Source: Cenarchaeum sp. (lineage in GTDB: Archaea > Thermoproteota > Nitrososphaeria > Nitrososphaerales > Nitrosopumilaceae). Taken from it: a DNA stretch of 64,000 bases. Position 1 is the first letter of the stretch, and every line of letters starts with the position of its first letter. The notes under the pieces are model-generated. The model searched no databases. It was not told where the DNA came from and worked only from the letters and a program-made list of their open reading frames with translations. Shown in pieces: positions 58,756 to 64,000 of the stretch. Position numbers and translations under genes: made by a program. Where the stretch lies: contig OZ242221.1 of assembly GCA_965206845.1 (NCBI GenBank), positions 1,120,001 to 1,184,000 on the forward strand, read 5' to 3'.

Positions 58756-59689
58756 ATTCCAGTCCTGGGCAGTCTATCTGGCTTGACATGTGCTCCTCGG
58801 GGCCAGTCCAGCGAGCGGCGCCCCTGTCTGTCAGCGCGATTATGCAGCCGCCGCCCCCGGCGCCGGTTATCTTGGAGCCGTAGGTGTGCCTGTCCGCTGA
58901 CGATACCATGCGGCGGAGCGTATCGTTTGATGCCCCTATTCTGGCAAGGTTCCTCTGGTTCTCGCTCATGCACCGGCCCAGCTCCCTCAGGTCGCCTGCC
59001 TTGAGCGCGGGCATGATGGCGCCTGCCAGCGCCTCTTGGGCGCGCATCATACCTGCGAATGCCTCGGGGTTGTCCCTCTGGTACCTTGCCACCCTGTCCA
59101 CTACGTCTGCCGTGGAGCGCTCCTGCCCCGAGTTTATGATCAGTACCGTGATGTCGCGGTTCGCCTCCACCCTCTTGATGCCGGCGCCGGTGCTGTACTC
59201 GATGGTTCCGCCCCGCGCGGACACGGCCGTGTCTATTCCAGATGCGCGGGGAAATATGGTCCTCTCGGCGTCCACTGCCACCTCGATGATGCGATCCGTG
59301 CCCATCCTTGGCCTGCCGGCCATCCCGGCATACATCCCGGATACCGCGGCGGCTGCCGCAACGCAGCATGCAGAGGACGAGCCGAGTCCCGCACCAGGGG
59401 GAATCTGCGAGGCTATGGAGATTCTGGCGCCGTACTCCGAGCCGTACTCCTCTCGCATCCTCTCTGCCATGTAGACAAAGGGCCTGATCTCCCGGCGCGC
59501 CTCGCCGTCTGCATGCCCGTGCTCCAGGGTACCGAACATGCCGGTCACCGTGGTCTTTTGCTCCTTCTGCTCCCCTGCTGATACCGTGACCCGCAGGTCT
59601 ACCGCGGTGGCCACCGCCCGTCCGCCGTACACCACAAAGTGCTCCCCGAACAGGATCACCTTGCCCGGAGCTGACACTGCCACCCTCAT
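58739..59689 (-). CDS. mvk: Mevalonate kinase (last residues and stop supplied by the inserted element)
   Basis: SAPGKVILFGEHFVVYG, PPGAGLGSSSA, SGID, KITGAGGGG. Confidence 0.95.
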   Translation of the reverse strand: MRVAVSAPGKVILFGEHFVVYGGRAVATAVDLRVTVSAGEQKEQKTTVTGMFGTLEHGHADGEARREIRPFVYMAERMREEYGSEYGARISIASQIPPGAGLGSSSACCVAAAAAVSGMYAGMAGRPRMGTDRIIEVAVDAERTIFPRASGIDTAVSARGGTIEYSTGAGIKRVEANRDITVLIINSGQERSTADVVDRVARYQRDNPEAFAGMMRAQEALAGAIMPALKAGDLRELGRCMSENQRNLARIGASNDTLRRMVSSADRHTYGSKITGAGGGGCIIALTDRGAARWTGPEEHMSSQIDCPGLEWEPYT

Positions 59690-60510
59690 ACGAACACCAC
59701 AGAACCGTACCCTACGACAGAGTCCATGTCTCCTGTGACATCACCGCTTGTGGCGTATTTTAGCAGCTCCCCCCGAGTGGCCCCCAGCTCCCGGGACGCG
59801 ACCATGGTGGCGGCAACTGCGCCATACCCGCATGCGCTGACCTGCCGCTCCTCCAGTATGTCATAGAACCGGTGCACGTCAAGCTCCAGCACCGCCCCGA
59901 TCAGCGCCATGTCCTGCTCGCGGGCGCGCCCCTCCGGCTCATAGTGCGTAAAGTCAGACGAGCCTATCACCATCATGCCGGCATCGTGCATCCGGGCCAC
60001 CGCCATGCCGAGCCCGATGGCCGCCGCCTTAGTCTGGTCGATCATCGCAACGGGCAGTATCCTAAAGTCCGAGAACGCCTGCTGTATCATGGGGATCTGG
60101 ACCTCGATGCTGTGCTCCCTAGAGTGGGAGAAGAAGTCGATCTCCACGTCCGATGTTCCCGCCAGGCGGCGCGCCGCCTGCGAGTCGACCTCGACGCCCC
60201 CCAGCGGGGTCTCCCAGAGGCAGTCCGCGGGAGCCGCCATGTTGCGGCCCACCCCCCAGTGGTTGGGGCCTATCACGACAAACGTGTTGTACCTGTTGCC
60301 GGACATGGCGTGAAACGAGTGGCACGCCACGGGCCCGGAGTATACGTATCCCGCATGGGGGCAGATCGCGCCGTATATCTTTCGTGGCTCTGCCGGGGGC
60401 ATGCTGCCAGGACCGAGCCGGTGCAGGTATGACTCCTCGATAGCTCTTCTGAGACTGCTTGCGTCAGCGGGATAGAACGCCCCCGCTACCGCGGGTGTCC
60501 TTGTGCGCAT
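59686..60510 (-). CDS. MEMO1 family protein (AmmeMemoRadiSam protein B)
   Basis: PAVAGAFYP, PHAGYVYSG, EHSIEVQ.P, SSDFTHY, SACGYG. Confidence 0.93.
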   Translation of the reverse strand: MRTRTPAVAGAFYPADASSLRRAIEESYLHRLGPGSMPPAEPRKIYGAICPHAGYVYSGPVACHSFHAMSGNRYNTFVVIGPNHWGVGRNMAAPADCLWETPLGGVEVDSQAARRLAGTSDVEIDFFSHSREHSIEVQIPMIQQAFSDFRILPVAMIDQTKAAAIGLGMAVARMHDAGMMVIGSSDFTHYEPEGRAREQDMALIGAVLELDVHRFYDILEERQVSACGYGAVAATMVASRELGATRGELLKYATSGDVTGDMDSVVGYGSVVFV

Positions 60511-61133
60511 TACTCGATTGCCTCTTCGGTGCTCTTGGTCTCAAAGTCGTCTATGTCGTACTTTATGGACTCGCCGGCCTTGAGATCGCCGCGATCCATC
60601 AGGATCTCCTGGGCCAAGAGCCAGTACACCGCCGCCAGCGCCTTGCGGCCCCGGTTGTTTGCGGGTATCACCAGGTCGATCTTTGAGGTGATGTTGTCGG
60701 TGTCTGACATCCCGATGATGGGGATTCCCGCGTTGGTGGCCTCGGTGATCGTCTGCCCGTCCACCGCCGGATCCGTTATCACCACCAGCTTGGGCTCGAT
60801 ATAGTACGGGAGTGACGGGTTGGTCAGCGTGCCGGGCATGAACCTGCCCAGCTTTGCCATTGCGCCTGTCACCTCGCAGAACTTTTCAATGGGCGTGGTC
60901 GCGTTTATCCTTCCGGAGCAGACTATCATGTTCTCTATGCCTACCCTGTTGATGAACCGCGCCGCGATGCCGATCCTGTCCAGGGTGATGGTGAGATCCA
61001 GCATGTAGAGGCCGTCGGGGTCGGGCTTTGTGATGAACGGCTTCATGAACTTGGTCTTTACCGGTGTGCCGACCCTGATGCCCGTGGTGAGGATCCTCTT
61101 TCTTATCTCAGTAAACTCCTGCTGCTGGCTCAT
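60510..61133 (-). CDS. rps2: 30S ribosomal protein uS2
   Basis: GRFMPGTLTN, DTDN, IPANNRG. Confidence 0.96.
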   Translation of the reverse strand: MSQQQEFTEIRKRILTTGIRVGTPVKTKFMKPFITKPDPDGLYMLDLTITLDRIGIAARFINRVGIENMIVCSGRINATTPIEKFCEVTGAMAKLGRFMPGTLTNPSLPYYIEPKLVVITDPAVDGQTITEATNAGIPIIGMSDTDNITSKIDLVIPANNRGRKALAAVYWLLAQEILMDRGDLKAGESIKYDIDDFETKSTEEAIE

Positions 61134-62383
61134 GTTTGATCTCTGATTCTTGCCATACCACATATTAAGTCATGCTCCTCGAGCCGCAGCAGCTCGTTGA
61201 GCTTGGCCACCCGCTCGCCGCCCACTATGCCCACCTTGAGGAGCTTGGATCCCGTGGCTATGCCGATGTGGGAGATCTGGCTGTCAGTGGACTCGCCGGA
61301 CCTGTGGGACGTGATCAGCGATATGCCGTTCCGGTCTGCCAGCCGGGCAAACTCCATGGCATCCTGCAGGCTGCCTGCCTGGTTCACCTTCAGGATGGCG
61401 GCGTTGCAGGAGCCGCAGTCTATGGCCCTCTGCAGTATCGTGGCATTGGTCACCGTGAGGTCGTCGCCGGTTATCATGACGCCGGGGAACCTCCTGGCAA
61501 GCTCGGACATCTGCTCGAACGCCTCCTCGTGCACTGCGTCCTCTGCGTATGCCAGCTTGTACTTCTTTATTATATCCGAGGCAAACTCGATCTGCTCTCC
61601 GGCGTCGTTCTCAAAGCCGCCCCTCCTGTAGTCGTATGTGTTGCCGTTCCACTGCGTGGATGCCGCAAAGTCCACGCCCAGGGAGACCTCCCTGCCGGGG
61701 GTGTATCCCAGCCTCTCGCATGCACGGGTTGCCATCTCCAGCGCCCCGTAGTTGTCCGTCTCCGGGGCCCATCCGCCCTCGTCCCCCCTGCCGCCGGAGA
61801 ATCCCGGGTCGCGCTCCAGTATGACGCGCCCAAGCTCCCGGTGTATGGCAAGGTTTGTCTCCACCGCCTCCCGGACGGACTTTGCGCCCGTTGCGGCGAT
61901 CAAGATCTCCTGGATGTCCGGAGTCCCGGGGCCCGCATGCGCGCCTCCTCCCAGTATGTTTCCCAGAGGGTAGGGGAACCAGAACGTGTCGGCGCCTGAG
62001 AGCAGCCTGAAGAGGGGCATGTCGTGCGCCCTTGCGGCCGAGTCTGCGGCAGCTATGGTGACGGCGTATGCCACAGAGCCGCCGATCATGCCATAGTCTG
62101 CCGAGCCGTCTATGGCGCGCACCGCAGCGTGGACCGACTCCAGATCCCCGGCGTCCAGCCCGACGAATTTCCCTGCGTTTACCTTGAGAATCTCCAGGCT
62201 CTTTTCGGGCCCGCCTTCCGGAAAGCTTTGGGCCTCGTACTTTCCAACGCTTGCGCCCGACGGGGCGCACGCCCTTCCGAGGTGGGTGCCGTCTGACATG
62301 ACGTCAACCTCGATGGTCTTGCTGCCGCGGCTGTTGTGTATGATGCGGCCCGTTATGGATGTGATCGAGGGCAACTCATTCAA
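61130..62383 (-). CDS. eno: Enolase
   Basis: NSRG..TIEV, APSGASVG, GDEGG, GDDL.VTN, LKVNQAG, SHRSGE. Confidence 0.95.
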   Translation of the reverse strand: MNELPSITSITGRIIHNSRGSKTIEVDVMSDGTHLGRACAPSGASVGKYEAQSFPEGGPEKSLEILKVNAGKFVGLDAGDLESVHAAVRAIDGSADYGMIGGSVAYAVTIAAADSAARAHDMPLFRLLSGADTFWFPYPLGNILGGGAHAGPGTPDIQEILIAATGAKSVREAVETNLAIHRELGRVILERDPGFSGGRGDEGGWAPETDNYGALEMATRACERLGYTPGREVSLGVDFAASTQWNGNTYDYRRGGFENDAGEQIEFASDIIKKYKLAYAEDAVHEEAFEQMSELARRFPGVMITGDDLTVTNATILQRAIDCGSCNAAILKVNQAGSLQDAMEFARLADRNGISLITSHRSGESTDSQISHIGIATGSKLLKVGIVGGERVAKLNELLRLEEHDLICGMARIRDQT

Positions 62384-62612
62384 GCTCGTGCTCGATCTCT
62401 AGGTGTCTCTTCTGAATCGCCTCGTAGAATGGGACAATCTGCTGTATGGTCTCCACGGTTGTGAGCAGCATGCGCCGGCAGCAGTACCTGCTGACTCCCA
62501 GCGAGTCCAGAACCGTTGCGGCGTCCTCGTCTGCGCTTACCCTGGCCTTGTAACTCTCAAACTTGTCTGCGATGAGGTTGCCGCAGGTAAAACATCTGAC
62601 TGGAATTAGCAC
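62376..62612 (-). CDS. rpoN: RNA polymerase subunit Rpo10 (RpoN)
   Basis: IPVRCFTCG...RYCCRRM. Confidence 0.97.
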   Translation of the reverse strand: MLIPVRCFTCGNLIADKFESYKARVSADEDAATVLDSLGVSRYCCRRMLLTTVETIQQIVPFYEAIQKRHLEIEHELE

Positions 62613-62663
62613 AGATTCGCAGGGTAATCAAGGATTATAAAAACCCTGCATGGATTGTTGGAT

Positions 62664-62748
62664 GCGGGCGTCGCCCAGCCTGGCCAAAGGCGCTAGCTTG
62701 AGGGGCTAGTCTCTAAGGAGTTCGTGGGTTCAAATCCCATCGCCCGCA
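62664..62748 (+). tRNA. tRNA-Leu(GAG)
   Basis: GCGGGCG acceptor stem, CTAGC-TTGAGGG-GCTAG anticodon arm, long variable arm, GGTTCAAATCC T-arm. Confidence 0.95.
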
Positions 62749-62814
62749 CTACCTGCTTTATGGCTATGATGTGGTCGGTCTTGTGCGGGAATCCAAATGG
62801 TGTGGCATCGCAGG

Positions 62815-63420
62815 CTACTTGCCCATGGCCCGGATGAGGTCTGACCGGCGGATCTCCTCCGTGACTGCCGCGCGGGTGCCCTCCAAGAGCGACCTGTTAA
62901 CATCCAGCTTTCTCCTGACGTCCCTTAGCACCTTGTCGTACGTGGCAAAGGGGTACAGCATGTTGTAGATCTCCTCCATGGTGGAGAAGGTTCTCTCGGC
63001 CTTCTCGGCCCTGCCGCGGCGGATCATGTCGTATGTCATGCGCTTGAGCTCCCCTATGCAGTCCAGGAGGCCCAGAATGTATGACTCGCCGGAGACCTTT
63101 AGCTCCTTGTGGTCCGGCACCGGCCTGTCCTCTGCCAGCGCAATCAGGCAGAGCGCCTCGACCAGCTCCTGCCCAGGCACTGCCAGGTATCTTGACAGGG
63201 CACCACTCGTCCCCTCCCGGTATGACTCCAGGAGATCCTGGGCCTTGCCGGCCTTGGACTTTGCCGCCTCCAGATCGCCTCCGTGCACCGCAATTATGGC
63301 CTGGCTGCAGAGTATGACCACGTCCCGGGTACCCCTGATGAGGTGCTCCCGGGACTCGTGCGCCTCCTTCAGGCCTTCCTCTATCGTCTCAAGTGATGAT
63401 CTGATGCCTTCCAATAACAT
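62815..63420 (-). CDS. Translin/C3PO family RNA-binding protein
   Basis: RE.LI...R.V, AI.A.H, QELVEA, YILGLLD.IGELKR, RRKLD. Confidence 0.88.
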   Translation of the reverse strand: MLLEGIRSSLETIEEGLKEAHESREHLIRGTRDVVILCSQAIIAVHGGDLEAAKSKAGKAQDLLESYREGTSGALSRYLAVPGQELVEALCLIALAEDRPVPDHKELKVSGESYILGLLDCIGELKRMTYDMIRRGRAEKAERTFSTMEEIYNMLYPFATYDKVLRDVRRKLDVNRSLLEGTRAAVTEEIRRSDLIRAMGK

Positions 63421-63628
63421 GCTGCTTGTAGTGTGTCGCGTTCCGTGATAAAGCCGTTTTGCCTAGCTTAGGCGCCCGGCTATGATACAGCACCAACAAA
63501 TGTTCAGCTGTGTCCTATAGCGACACGCAAAAATTCGTGCAGTGTGTAAGCAGACCGTAAGACTTTGATACGCTCAAAAATCCACTTATGGAATCAAATC
63601 CTTCATGAAATACACTGTTTTCTTTTGA

Positions 63629-63830
63629 CTATAGCGCCGACTAAAAGTTCTTGCAGAATCCACGAATCATTTCAGTCAGGCTTCCCTGCAAAGCCACATA
63701 CCAGAACGTTATGTATGCCAAGATTAGGAACGGATTAGGCGGCAATTGTCAATGGCTGGTGTCCATGTTTGAGACAAACGTGATCGAAGCCAGCGACATA
63801 CTCTGCAGGAACTTTCGATCGGCGCTATAG
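63629..63830. mobile_element. IS630-type MITE (family B), with a third TIR-like copy at 63515
   Basis: CTATAGCGCCGACTAAAAGTTCTTGCAGAAT vs reverse complement of the right end CTATAGCGCCGATCGAAAGTTCCTGCAGAGT (26/31); TA duplication within a CTAG target. Confidence 0.8.
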
Positions 63831-63951
63831 CAGCAGGTTGTCTGAAACACTCATTTATTGTTCCGTTCTAATTTTGATCCCTTCCCCCAATGATCCTTTT
63901 GCGTTGACTAGATCAGCAACTCTTATTTTATGTGCAAGACCCGCACAATTG

Positions 63952-64000
63952 ATGGAGATATCAGTCAGGCAGATGTATGACATAGAGGAGAACGGCCACA
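63952..64000 (+). CDS. Probable start of NAD(P)H-hydrate epimerase (NnrE/YjeF-N), partial
   Basis: MEISVRQMYDIEENGH resembles thaumarchaeal NnrE N-termini as recalled; only 16 codons visible. Confidence 0.5.
   Translation, partial: MEISVRQMYDIEENGH

Overview
GC-rich chromosomal window from an ammonia-oxidising-type archaeon (Nitrososphaeria/Thaumarchaeota, Nitrosopumilaceae-like). The SlaA-like S-layer gene, lysW-lysX, aIF2-alpha-nop10, tgtA, FBP aldolase/phosphatase and the type 1 IDI-ipk-mvk block support this. High GC, TSP3-repeat proteins and MITE debris would fit a host-associated (e.g. sponge) lineage, but that is inference. Most of the window is housekeeping: translation, KEOPS, isoprenoid synthesis, tRNA-His and tRNA-Leu. 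Accessory highlights: (1) an AT-rich islet encoding a MORC-like GHKL ATPase fused to an AbiEi/DUF6577-like antitoxin domain, translationally coupled to a truncated AbiEii nucleotidyltransferase, with a MITE in the ATPase 5' end; (2) a 369-bp element with long TIRs and a 4-bp TSD that carries a tnpB 3' fragment and has rewritten the C-terminus of mevalonate kinase; (3) AglB fused to a cyclophilin domain; (4) a YwgA/SocA-like plus HD dNTPase-like pair; (5) a bacterial-type TIM with altered motifs; (6) a surface island with two TSP3-repeat giants, a metzincin and an S-layer gene relic; (7) several MITE/IS630 relics. Two single-G frameshifts (taw1, GGPP synthase) look like assembly errors. All calls come from motif recognition by eye; no searches were run.
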